Shown in pieces: positions 14,989-23,636 of a stretch of DNA of 36,463 nucleotides. The notes under the pieces were generated by a model. It was given only the letters and a program-made list of their open reading frames with translations. It was not told the origin of the DNA and did no database searches. Position numbers and translations under genes: made by a program. This stretch comes from a virus. Lineage: Duplodnaviria; Caudoviricetes. The stretch is taken from positions 1 through 36,463 of IMG/VR virus record IMGVR_UViG_3300030372_002666. The stretch is one strand, 5' to 3'. Position 1 is the stretch's first letter, and the number at the start of each line of letters is the position of its first letter.

Positions 14989-16665
14989 ATGACTTTTGAG
15001 GAGAACGGCATTTATATCACAGAAACATCAGGAGAGGTACAAACTCAATGTCCTAAATGTTCTAGTAGTAGGAAAAAATCATCTGATCCATGTTTATCAG
15101 TTAATGCAGGAGAGGGGATTTGGTTTTGCCATCATTGTGGATGGAAAGGTGGATTAAAAAAAGTTAAGAACTTAACAAAAAATAATATCGTAAAAATACC
15201 TGACCCACCAAAAACAAATTTACCTGATCAGGTTTATCAATGGTTTGAGGATCGTGGTATTTCTAGGGTAGTAATTGATGCTGAAAAAATAGGATATGAA
15301 AACAGATGGATACAATTCCCATTTTATAAAGATGGTCAAGTAGTTAATATTAAATCAAGAACTGGAGATAAGAAATTTCGACAGTCTAAAAATGCAGAAA
15401 AGTGTTTTTATAGATTTGATTCAATGGTGGGAATGGAAACAATTATTATAACTGAAGGTGAAATGGATGCATTGTCTTTAGTACAATCAGGTTTTACTAA
15501 TGTTGTTTCAGTTCCTGATGGAGCACCAGCTCAAGGAAGTAAACCGAGTGATAAGAAGTTCAGCTACCTACTCTCAGCAGAAGAACATTTAATGAATGCA
15601 GAAACTGTGATATTATGCACGGACTCTGATGGTGCAGGTAAAACCTTGCGTAATGAATTAAGTAGGCGTATAGGGCGTGAAAAATGCTTTAGAGTGGTAT
15701 ATCCTGATGGATGCAAAGATATGAATGATGTCCTGATGAAACATGGAGAGGATAAGGTTCAGGATGTTGTAAGTAATGCTCATCCCTATCCGATAGATGG
15801 TGTTGTAATGGTTCAAGATGTTGAAGATGATGCTATAGATTTATTATTAACACCTGACTCTAAGGGCTTGTCTACTGGTTGGTCAGCAGTTGATCCACAT
15901 TATTTAGTTAGCCCTAGTGAGGTTACAGTAATTACTGGAGTACCTAATATGGGTAAGTCTGAATGGATGGATGCAGTGATGATTAATATGGTTCAGTTAT
16001 ATGGTTGGAAGTTTGGTATATTTTCAGCAGAAAATTTTCCAGTAAAACACCACTTATTGAAATTAGTTGGTAAATTTACAGGTAAACCATTTTGGGGCGA
16101 TGATAGAATGAGTGAGGAAACTGCTAGGAGTTCTATGAAGATATTAAATGATCATATTAAATTTATAGGGACTCAAGAAGATTGTATCACCATAGAGTCT
16201 ATCATGGAACAAGCTAAGATATTAAATTTTAGATTCGGTCTTAATGGTCTTATTGTTGATCCGTGGAATACACTTGAACATAAATTTGGTGATGGGGAAA
16301 ATGAAACTTTATATGTTTCAAGAGTATTATCACAGCTAAGTGCATTTGCTAAAATTAATGAAATGCATATTTGGATAGTTGCTCATCCTAGAAAAATGGA
16401 AAATGGAGTAGACAGAAAACCAGTTGTTCCAAGCCCTTATGATATATCAGGATCAGCTAACTGGTTTAATAAATGCGATAATGCCATTACAGTACATAGA
16501 CATAAATCAGAAGATGAGGATTATGCAGGTATTCATGTGCATAAAATCAGGTTTCAGTATAAAAATGGTAAACCCAATCAGGGGAATCCATGTAAATTAA
16601 AATATGATATTAATAGGGGGAGATATAGTGAATACATCGAAGAATTTAAAGAAAAGCTTTTCTGA
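14989..16665 (+). CDS. Primase-helicase (T7 gp4/Twinkle-like)
   Basis: Zn finger CPKC...CHHC; TOPRIM TEGEMDALS and DSDGAG; Walker A GVPNMGKS; IVDP; VAHPRK; YDISGS. Start placed at the ATG with a GGAG SD rather than the track's 14971. Confidence 0.92.
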   Translation: MTFEENGIYITETSGEVQTQCPKCSSSRKKSSDPCLSVNAGEGIWFCHHCGWKGGLKKVKNLTKNNIVKIPDPPKTNLPDQVYQWFEDRGISRVVIDAEKIGYENRWIQFPFYKDGQVVNIKSRTGDKKFRQSKNAEKCFYRFDSMVGMETIIITEGEMDALSLVQSGFTNVVSVPDGAPAQGSKPSDKKFSYLLSAEEHLMNAETVILCTDSDGAGKTLRNELSRRIGREKCFRVVYPDGCKDMNDVLMKHGEDKVQDVVSNAHPYPIDGVVMVQDVEDDAIDLLLTPDSKGLSTGWSAVDPHYLVSPSEVTVITGVPNMGKSEWMDAVMINMVQLYGWKFGIFSAENFPVKHHLLKLVGKFTGKPFWGDDRMSEETARSSMKILNDHIKFIGTQEDCITIESIMEQAKILNFRFGLNGLIVDPWNTLEHKFGDGENETLYVSRVLSQLSAFAKINEMHIWIVAHPRKMENGVDRKPVVPSPYDISGSANWFNKCDNAITVHRHKSEDEDYAGIHVHKIRFQYKNGKPNQGNPCKLKYDINRGRYSEYIEEFKEKLF

Positions 16666-16849
16666 TAGGCTATTAGCTATAGATAATGATAAGGTTAATA
16701 ATCAAAGTATAGAGAGAACAGCTAGGCACATGAGAAAAAGACTTTGGAAAGAATTTGATCAAGTATGGGTCAAGTACAATAACAATCAAGCTAACTATCA
16801 GCAATGGGATCATGCATTGGAAAAGTGGCTTAGATCGGAGGAATTATGA
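16604..16849 (+). CDS. Hypothetical protein (start uncertain)
   Basis: ORF track; ATGA coupling with the next gene. Confidence 0.65.
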   Translation: MILIGGDIVNTSKNLKKSFSDRLLAIDNDKVNNQSIERTARHMRKRLWKEFDQVWVKYNNNQANYQQWDHALEKWLRSEEL

Positions 16850-17610
16850 AAGTTAAAAGGTATATTGTAACACCTGATAAACATTTTCCTATGGCTGATA
16901 TGAAAGCTATAAGCGTTGTTTGTCAGGCTATCGAGATTATAAAACCTGATGGTTATATTGATCTTGGAGATACTGGAGAATGGGAGTCAGTTTCACATTG
17001 GCAGTGGAAGAAGAAAAAAAGACCACCATTAGAATATCAATTACCATTTGTTATAAAAGAGATTGAAGAAGTAAATAAAGGAATGGATATAATTGATGAA
17101 TCACTAGATAAAGTAAACATAAAGGAGAAACATTTTGTTGAAGGCAATCATGAGGACTGGCTTAATAGGTTTGTTGAAGAAAACCCTTACCTATCTAAAG
17201 ATTTTCAGGTTAAAAATGCTATTAAATTGGGAGATCGTGGCTATAAATATCACAAGTTGGGTAAAATGCTTAAGATTGGGAAACTCAATTTTTATCATGG
17301 ACATCATTTTGCTGGGATTAATCATACTCGTAACCATCTCCTTCGTCTTGGTGGTAATGTTATGTATGGACACCATCATGACATACAACAATCTTCAGTT
17401 ACTCATATTGACGGAGTCAAATCAGCATGGTCTATTGGATGCCTAAAAGATATGAGTGCAGAGTCAAATGCTTGGCTTGGTAATAGGCAACATAACTGGC
17501 AACATGCTTTTGCCATTGTTGATTTTTATCACTCAGGATTTTTTACAGTTCACATGGTTCAGATAGTAAATGGTAAAACATCTCTATGGGGCGAATTAAT
17601 TAAAGGATAG
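16846..17610 (+). CDS. Calcineurin-like metallophosphoesterase
   Basis: DxH (PDKH), GD (DLGD), GNHE, HGH and GHHH motifs. Confidence 0.88.
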   Translation: MKVKRYIVTPDKHFPMADMKAISVVCQAIEIIKPDGYIDLGDTGEWESVSHWQWKKKKRPPLEYQLPFVIKEIEEVNKGMDIIDESLDKVNIKEKHFVEGNHEDWLNRFVEENPYLSKDFQVKNAIKLGDRGYKYHKLGKMLKIGKLNFYHGHHFAGINHTRNHLLRLGGNVMYGHHHDIQQSSVTHIDGVKSAWSIGCLKDMSAESNAWLGNRQHNWQHAFAIVDFYHSGFFTVHMVQIVNGKTSLWGELIKG

Positions 17611-17613
17611 TAT

Positions 17614-17643
17614 TTGAATTATGTAATTATAATTCATTAACTT
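17614..17643 (+). promoter_or_regulatory. Putative promoter
   Basis: TTGAAT-18-TAACTT. Confidence 0.4.
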
Positions 17644-17665
17644 CAAACATCAAAGGAGAGCGAAT

Positions 17666-17806
17666 ATGAAGTTAGTTAAACCATCACAAGGGAAATTTAG
17701 AGTTGAATTTCCTGAAGAACTTACACAGGAAGAAATAGATGCAATTAGAATTATGGTCATTAAACTTCTTGAGCGTAATAACTGTAGGGTGATCCCAGTT
17801 GATTAA
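17666..17806 (+). CDS. 46-aa hypothetical protein
   Basis: MKLVKPSQGKFRVEFPEELTQEEIDAIRIMVIKLLERNNCRVIPVD; AAGGAG SD. Confidence 0.65.
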   Translation: MKLVKPSQGKFRVEFPEELTQEEIDAIRIMVIKLLERNNCRVIPVD

Positions 17807-18062
17807 TCAGGATGTATATATGGCTACAATATGTTGGGATGGGTATGATGAATATACTGAAGGCGAATACACTATTGTCAGGCAAACTATGGATGATCTT
17901 TTTGAGGGTGTTGAGGAATATCTTAATTTGTATGAAGCTCGTAATCCATATCTAGAATGTGCCAGTATTGAAAACTATAAAGATGATGATGTTGAGCCAT
18001 TTGGATATAAAGACATTACAGAATCAGTAAAAATAATTTTAAAAGCAAAGGAGAAAAAATGA
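17799..18062 (+). CDS. Acidic hypothetical protein
   Basis: ORF track; coupled to its neighbours. Confidence 0.65.
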   Translation: MINQDVYMATICWDGYDEYTEGEYTIVRQTMDDLFEGVEEYLNLYEARNPYLECASIENYKDDDVEPFGYKDITESVKIILKAKEKK

Positions 18063-18568
18063 GTAATCAAGATGCAATTAAACTATCCACAGACTCAGAT
18101 AATGTTGTACAGATATTAGATGTTAAGAGTGCTATGGGTAAAAATGGAATGTGGCATTTATATACAGTAAAAAAAGATGGTCAAAGAGTTAAGTTTTTTG
18201 CACCAACTGAAAAAGTACATGAAAAGCTAAGTGCATTCCAAATGAATGATGTAGTGAATATTCGTAAAGAGGAATGGGGTGCAGGTAAATCTGTATGGAA
18301 AGTAACATATCAAGGAAGTGAAAAAAGTTCAGGTAATGTATCAATAGATGATAGAACCCACGACATACACAAGCAAGTATGTTTAAAACTTGCTGTAGAT
18401 ATGGTAGCTAAAAAAGATACACACACTATCTTAACAGATGCTGAGTTAGTTATTATTAAAGCTAATATGACTGCCTTATTAGATGTGTTGGAAAATAATG
18501 ATGCTCAGGATTTAGATACTAGCCCTAAGCCTGAAGAAATAGGCGAAGAAGATAATTTTCCATTTTAA
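18059..18568 (+). CDS. Putative ssDNA-binding protein
   Basis: Beta-rich N-terminus and acidic tail ending EEDNFPF, like SSB C-terminal tails. Confidence 0.55.
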   Translation: MSNQDAIKLSTDSDNVVQILDVKSAMGKNGMWHLYTVKKDGQRVKFFAPTEKVHEKLSAFQMNDVVNIRKEEWGAGKSVWKVTYQGSEKSSGNVSIDDRTHDIHKQVCLKLAVDMVAKKDTHTILTDAELVIIKANMTALLDVLENNDAQDLDTSPKPEEIGEEDNFPF

Positions 18569-18574
18569 TGGTCT

Positions 18575-18937
18575 GTGAAAAAATCATTATCAAAAAAGTT
18601 AGATAAACTATGGTCAGACAAGATAAAAGAATATGGGATGTGCGAATATTGCCGAAAAACCAAACCCCTGAATGCACATCATTTCTACTCACGATCTATC
18701 AGGTCTGTTCGTTGGGATATTGATAATGGTTTTTGTCTCTGCGTTGGATGCCATGTGTTCTCCTCAAAGTTCTCTGCTCATAAAACTCCTGCTGAGTTTG
18801 TTGAATGGGCAGTTGAAAAGCGTGGCATCCAATGGTATGAAACAGTTAAGGAAAGAAAAAATACAGTGAAAAAATTTATAGATGCAGATTATGAGGAGAT
18901 TGCATTAAAACTAAAGCAGAAAACATTTGACTTTTAA
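18575..18937 (+). CDS. NinG/HNH-like nuclease
   Basis: KKLDKLWS, CEYC, AHHFYSR, VRWDIDN..CLCVGCH. Confidence 0.8.
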   Translation: MKKSLSKKLDKLWSDKIKEYGMCEYCRKTKPLNAHHFYSRSIRSVRWDIDNGFCLCVGCHVFSSKFSAHKTPAEFVEWAVEKRGIQWYETVKERKNTVKKFIDADYEEIALKLKQKTFDF

Positions 18938-18956
18938 GGATTATATTTATTAATTT
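18927..18956 (+). promoter_or_regulatory. Putative promoter
   Basis: TTGACT-18-TAATTT. Confidence 0.5.
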
Positions 18957-18977
18957 CATATATAGAGGAGAACAAAT

Positions 18978-19205
18978 ATGAAAGATATAGACAAAATAAG
19001 AAATAAAGTTAGTAGAATTTGGAATCATACAGAATTAGAAATGGCAGACTTATCAAGAACTGGATTGCAAAAAGAATTATCAGCCATTAGTAACATAGTA
19101 AATGATGTTATGCGTGATTTAGATAAGATCACTACTTGCTCTATGTGCAGTAAGCAGGTTTGTGGTAAATGTATAAATGATATGGCGAATGAATTAGATG
19201 TTTAA
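18978..19205 (+). CDS. Hypothetical protein with CxxC..CxxC
   Basis: ORF track; GAGGAG SD. Confidence 0.75.
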   Translation: MKDIDKIRNKVSRIWNHTELEMADLSRTGLQKELSAISNIVNDVMRDLDKITTCSMCSKQVCGKCINDMANELDV

Positions 19206-19207
19206 AA

Positions 19208-19350
19208 TTTGCCCCATTAATCACTTAATTAAACCTGTAAGCCGAACACATAAGCAAACAGGAAATATGAATTGGCGTATTATAGCGAATTTTTTAAATT
19301 AATGATAAATGTATTCTTATGGTTGGCACTAAAAGAAAACTTGGGGCAAA
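19208..19350 (+). ncRNA. Candidate structured RNA / cis-element
   Basis: Closing stem TTTGCCCCA/TGGGGCAAA; nested GCC-AAC-CATAAG / CTTATG-GTT-GGC; crossing CCTGT/ACAGG. Confidence 0.45.
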
Positions 19351-19390
19351 AAAATTGTTAAGTTCTTAACAAAATAAAAAAGGGGATAAT

Positions 19391-19564
19391 ATGTTATTAC
19401 ATTATTTAGATGAAGTATTACAAACACAAGCATTTGATGTATTACTTGCTAACTTTTTTTGGATATTATTATGGGGACTGATGACATGGAGACTCCATGT
19501 ATTAGATCGCAAGTTAAAACATATGAAAGAGTACCTAGTGTATGTTTTGGATGAGGTACAATGA
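19391..19564 (+). CDS. 57-aa single-TM protein
   Basis: MLLHYLDEVLQTQAFDVLLANFFWILLWGLMTWRLH...; AGGGG SD; ATGA overlap with the next gene. Confidence 0.65.
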   Translation: MLLHYLDEVLQTQAFDVLLANFFWILLWGLMTWRLHVLDRKLKHMKEYLVYVLDEVQ

Positions 19565-19881
19565 GAGTACCTGACTTTATGAAATGGGCAAAAGTGATGC
19601 AAGAAGAAGAAAATAGACTTATGCTTGTTAAAGGTGAGGAGTATACTGTTTCCGATGAAGATAAATTTAAAAATTTTAAAAGCATTGGAGACAGAATGAA
19701 TTTAGGGGCAGAGCATGTAGCTCTTATTTATTTATTAAAACATATGGACTCTATAAGAAATTATGTTTTAAACGGCAAAGAAGTATCAGAAGAACCAATC
19801 ACAGGCAGAATACAGGATGCACGAAATTATTTATTATTATTAGGTGGAATAATTGCCGAAAAACAACAAGAAGAAATTTGA
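19561..19881 (+). CDS. All-alpha NTP-pyrophosphatase-like / nucleotide-modification-associated domain protein
   Basis: KGEEY..D.FKNF...KHMDSI...EPI.GRI.DARNYL pattern. Confidence 0.55.
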   Translation: MRVPDFMKWAKVMQEEENRLMLVKGEEYTVSDEDKFKNFKSIGDRMNLGAEHVALIYLLKHMDSIRNYVLNGKEVSEEPITGRIQDARNYLLLLGGIIAEKQQEEI

Positions 19882-20101
19882 ATCTATCCAATGGGTTATT
19901 GATGCATTGGGTAGTAATGTTATAGAAAAAAAAGTCAGAGAAAACCATAAGACAGATGAAGTGAGGGCAGATGAAGATTTGTGGTGGTGTCCTCAATGTC
20001 GAAAGAAATGGAATATTTTTGAAGGTGAAGTATGGAGTTCTTCTGATATAAAATTATGGGATGCTAAGATATGTCCAAACTGCGATTTGCTTGTAAAGTA
20101 G
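19853..20101 (+). CDS. Zn-finger protein; paralogue of 12968..13222
   Basis: DEVRADEDLWWCPQCRKKW ... ICPNC. Confidence 0.7.
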   Translation: MPKNNKKKFESIQWVIDALGSNVIEKKVRENHKTDEVRADEDLWWCPQCRKKWNIFEGEVWSSSDIKLWDAKICPNCDLLVK

Positions 20102-20430
20102 AAAATGGAAAAATGATTTTATTAAATATAACAGAATTTGATAATGCTATTTCTAAATTACAAGGGGATTATTATATTGAGCTAAAAGAAACAGGTGTTC
20201 GCTCTGCTCAACAAAACAACTATTATTGGAAAATAGTAGATATACTAGGAGAAGAGTTAGGATATACAGAACAAGAAATGCACGCCACTATTAAAAATCA
20301 CTTCAACATAGAAAGCACAAAAACTCTATCAACAAAAGAATTTGCTCAGTTTATTGAAAGATTAATAAGATGGTGCGCTGTTGATTTAAATATTGTGATA
20401 CCTGATCCTAAAACTCTTCTTCAATCTTAA
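20071..20430 (+). CDS. NinB/YbcN-like recombination-associated protein
   Basis: RSAQQNNYYW...MH..IK...STKTLSTKEF..FIE...IVIPDP. Confidence 0.7.
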   Translation: MSKLRFACKVENGKMILLNITEFDNAISKLQGDYYIELKETGVRSAQQNNYYWKIVDILGEELGYTEQEMHATIKNHFNIESTKTLSTKEFAQFIERLIRWCAVDLNIVIPDPKTLLQS

Positions 20431-21484
20431 GTTTTATATTAAATACATCAGGGGCTACCTGATCCATTACTAATGAATTTTGAGCAAATCTAGCGTATAT
20501 AAATTCAGATTCAGCACCTGAACCTAAACTAGTAGAATCTATTGAAAAAACAAATGGGTGAAAATTACCTTCTGTAATCCCCCACACATCCCCAACAAAT
20601 GAATCATCGGTAAACTGTATTTGATTGTATTCATCAGGCATTACATCTGTATTTTGTAAATAAGAAAAAGACATATCATAAGCTATTCTACCACTCATTG
20701 GCTTTTTAAAATCAGAAGTGGTATTAAATGGAGATTTACTAGCAGTACTAGCTAGCCTTCCAAATGATGATAAGTTAGCGTATTTTTGACCACCTAATGA
20801 TTCTTGTATTGTTGTATTGTCATATATAATTGATCTTTTAACATTCAAATCAGGAGCTACTGGCATTGTGTATATCTCTCCAATTTCTATTCCACCAACA
20901 GTTAAATCTGTAGAGCCATTAAAATCAAAATTTCCTGTTTGACTACTTGCACTTGCATTGCCTTCAAATTGAACAGCCATATATCTTTGTCCAGTAAAAT
21001 CTGAACTATCACTAGTATTAACAATTTTTATAATCGTTGTGCCATCTGCTGTGGGATGGATATGGATATTTGAATTATTTTCAATGGCTATTGTTCCTGC
21101 ATTTAAAACTTCAGTTACATCTACAGAACTTAAAACTGTATCAGCATTACCCTCACCTTCAACATCATTTGATTCATCTCCAAACCATATCTGTATTTTT
21201 CCTTGTGATGTTACTAAATTATGATTTAGTATTGTAAAAAAAGTAGTTCGCCAATTACCTGTTCCCATATTATATTTAAATAATACATGACCATCAACAT
21301 CTCCAGTTGTGTCAAAAGAACATAAATCTAATGGTTTTCCATTATGTAATGATCCAATACTTCCAGATTGAAAATTTATAAATCCACTTCCAGTTTTTAT
21401 AGTTTGATTAGTGTCTCCTCTACCCCTTAAATGTCTTATTCTATCAGGATAAAATACAGGTGTTCTAATATTCATATTTGCCAT
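20408..21484 (-). CDS. Tail-tip structural protein
   Basis: 358 aa, beta-rich, last gene of the tail operon; C-terminal FNIKLKIEEEF. Confidence 0.6.
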   Translation of the reverse strand: MANMNIRTPVFYPDRIRHLRGRGDTNQTIKTGSGFINFQSGSIGSLHNGKPLDLCSFDTTGDVDGHVLFKYNMGTGNWRTTFFTILNHNLVTSQGKIQIWFGDESNDVEGEGNADTVLSSVDVTEVLNAGTIAIENNSNIHIHPTADGTTIIKIVNTSDSSDFTGQRYMAVQFEGNASASSQTGNFDFNGSTDLTVGGIEIGEIYTMPVAPDLNVKRSIIYDNTTIQESLGGQKYANLSSFGRLASTASKSPFNTTSDFKKPMSGRIAYDMSFSYLQNTDVMPDEYNQIQFTDDSFVGDVWGITEGNFHPFVFSIDSTSLGSGAESEFIYARFAQNSLVMDQVAPDVFNIKLKIEEEF

Positions 21485-21515
21485 TTTAAATTTCCTTTAG
21501 TGTAATCATTAGCAA

Positions 21516-23627
21516 TTATACTTCCCTTGCTTTAATACTTAATCTTCCGAGTGTTCTTTTTGTACTAACTATCATCATATTTATATTTGTCCATGTTCCA
21601 GAACTTTGTCCAAAAGGTGTTTCTGGATACATATTATCATTGTCAAAAGTTATAAAGTCACCTACCTCTAAGTCATAGAATTTGGGATTAACAATATCAA
21701 AGCTACATTCCAAAAATACATCTCCATTAATTGCATTGTAATAACTAGCATGATCATCATTCCTATTGGCTTTATTTCCTGAATTTGCTGGAGTACTTGG
21801 AATTGTTGGTGATACATAAGCATCTAGGTTTACACTTTCAATATTTTCTTTTGTTTGGATATTGTATGTAGTTCTAGGAGTTGCATTGGTAAATGTCTGA
21901 GTTGTCATATATCTACTATCTGCTGGATGTTTCTCATAAGAAATATTTTTCTTTGTACGAAGTTGAGTTAAACTTGTATTTAATATGGAAATATTTGCTA
22001 TATCATTTTTAGTTAGTGTAATAACACCAGAAATACTATCTGGTATATGTATATATTGCATCAGCCCAAATCTATCCCTAAAAATAAACCCACCTTCAAA
22101 TTGTAACTTTTCCAATACATCCTTTAATAAAGTTTCCTCAGTTACCCAATACCTAATCTTCCAATCTTTAGAACTATTTAAAGCACTCCAACCATCTATG
22201 TCCCCATCTGAATCATCTAATCCAGTATGATCATTTAATAATGCTCTATGAGCTTCATGTATTCCTGTTACTGTACCAGAGCCACCATCATAAGTTTTTG
22301 TTAATCCATCTGCTCCAGTGTATACTGCTTTTAATTTTGAAAGTTTATCTAGGGATGCTGTTTTTTCATTAGTGGTATCGTTTGCCAGTTTCATTTTAAG
22401 AACTATATCATATATTTTAGCTACACCTTGACCATCTCCATTTGAAGGGCTTGCACCACCTATGTATTGTGCTGTTGTGCGTACTTTAATAGAAAATGAA
22501 GTCTCTCCTAGTATACTTACTTTATTATAGTTATCATAAGTACCAGCTACAATATCTTCCGCAGATGTACTTACAGTGCCATCATTAGGATTTTGAACTA
22601 AAAGTATATTTCCAGCAACTGAATCATCACTACCCTTATAAACTGATAAAAAACTATTAGTAACACCACTTGTATCAGTATGCGTTAAGTCAGCTTTTAC
22701 ATAAACAGATAATTCTGTTAGTTCACCATCAACAGTAGGTAAATCAATACTAAGAGTATCTGTAGCCTCTGTAGAACCAGATGTTGCTATAGCTGGATCA
22801 GCAGTACCAGTAGCGTAAGTAGTTGCATCTGTATCGACTGCATTACTTGAATTTGAAAAACCTGATGGTGAATATGGTCTGATCCAAAAATATCCTCGCT
22901 CCATATCAATAGGAACACCTACTGTATTTACAGATACAGATGAAGAATTTGTATTATCATTTGCATCAGTAAAGGGAATAAATTTATCAATATTTGAATC
23001 ATAAAAATGTGGCTGTGCATCACTTGTATATGCCTTAGGATATACAAACAATACCTTACCATTAATTGCATAATTGACATTTGGACATGGAAATAAATTC
23101 ATAGAAGGTAAAAAAGTAGTAAGTGCAGTTGTGCTTTCTGTATTCTTGGTAAAATCACCATATGCAATCGGTTCATATACTTGTGTATCTGCTTTGTCTT
23201 GAGGTATTGTTATATTATCCCACGGTCTATGTGAAATCATATTAATTTTTATTGTTTTTCCATTATTACTGATTCCACTCACTCTAAATGCACCTATTTG
23301 ATTAGGAGTGTCAATATTAATTTGAGAGTGAACTGTACACTCTCTATTTAAATAGGAATTAGTTCCCCATAGTTCCTTAGATATTGGATTGCCATTATAA
23401 TTAAAATCTGGTATTGATATAGATAAACCACTTGTAGATGCTGTTGATTTATCAAGATTAATTGTTTCTGTTATGGCTGGCTTTCCAATTATTGCACCAT
23501 GATAAAAATTAGAACTATAAGTAACATCTGCAAAAGCTAGGTATAAATACCCACTATTATTATTAGATAATTTAAAAAGCCAATTTTCTTTAATGCTACT
23601 TGATTGTATTGATTCTCCAAATGCCAT
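21516..23627 (-). CDS. Tail hub/baseplate-like protein
   Basis: 703 aa, directly after the tape measure; PIAYGDF and C-terminal LEVGDFITF...IKAREV. Confidence 0.65.
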   Translation of the reverse strand: MAFGESIQSSSIKENWLFKLSNNNSGYLYLAFADVTYSSNFYHGAIIGKPAITETINLDKSTASTSGLSISIPDFNYNGNPISKELWGTNSYLNRECTVHSQINIDTPNQIGAFRVSGISNNGKTIKINMISHRPWDNITIPQDKADTQVYEPIAYGDFTKNTESTTALTTFLPSMNLFPCPNVNYAINGKVLFVYPKAYTSDAQPHFYDSNIDKFIPFTDANDNTNSSSVSVNTVGVPIDMERGYFWIRPYSPSGFSNSSNAVDTDATTYATGTADPAIATSGSTEATDTLSIDLPTVDGELTELSVYVKADLTHTDTSGVTNSFLSVYKGSDDSVAGNILLVQNPNDGTVSTSAEDIVAGTYDNYNKVSILGETSFSIKVRTTAQYIGGASPSNGDGQGVAKIYDIVLKMKLANDTTNEKTASLDKLSKLKAVYTGADGLTKTYDGGSGTVTGIHEAHRALLNDHTGLDDSDGDIDGWSALNSSKDWKIRYWVTEETLLKDVLEKLQFEGGFIFRDRFGLMQYIHIPDSISGVITLTKNDIANISILNTSLTQLRTKKNISYEKHPADSRYMTTQTFTNATPRTTYNIQTKENIESVNLDAYVSPTIPSTPANSGNKANRNDDHASYYNAINGDVFLECSFDIVNPKFYDLEVGDFITFDNDNMYPETPFGQSSGTWTNINMMIVSTKRTLGRLSIKAREV

Positions 23628-23636
23628 GTTTTTACC

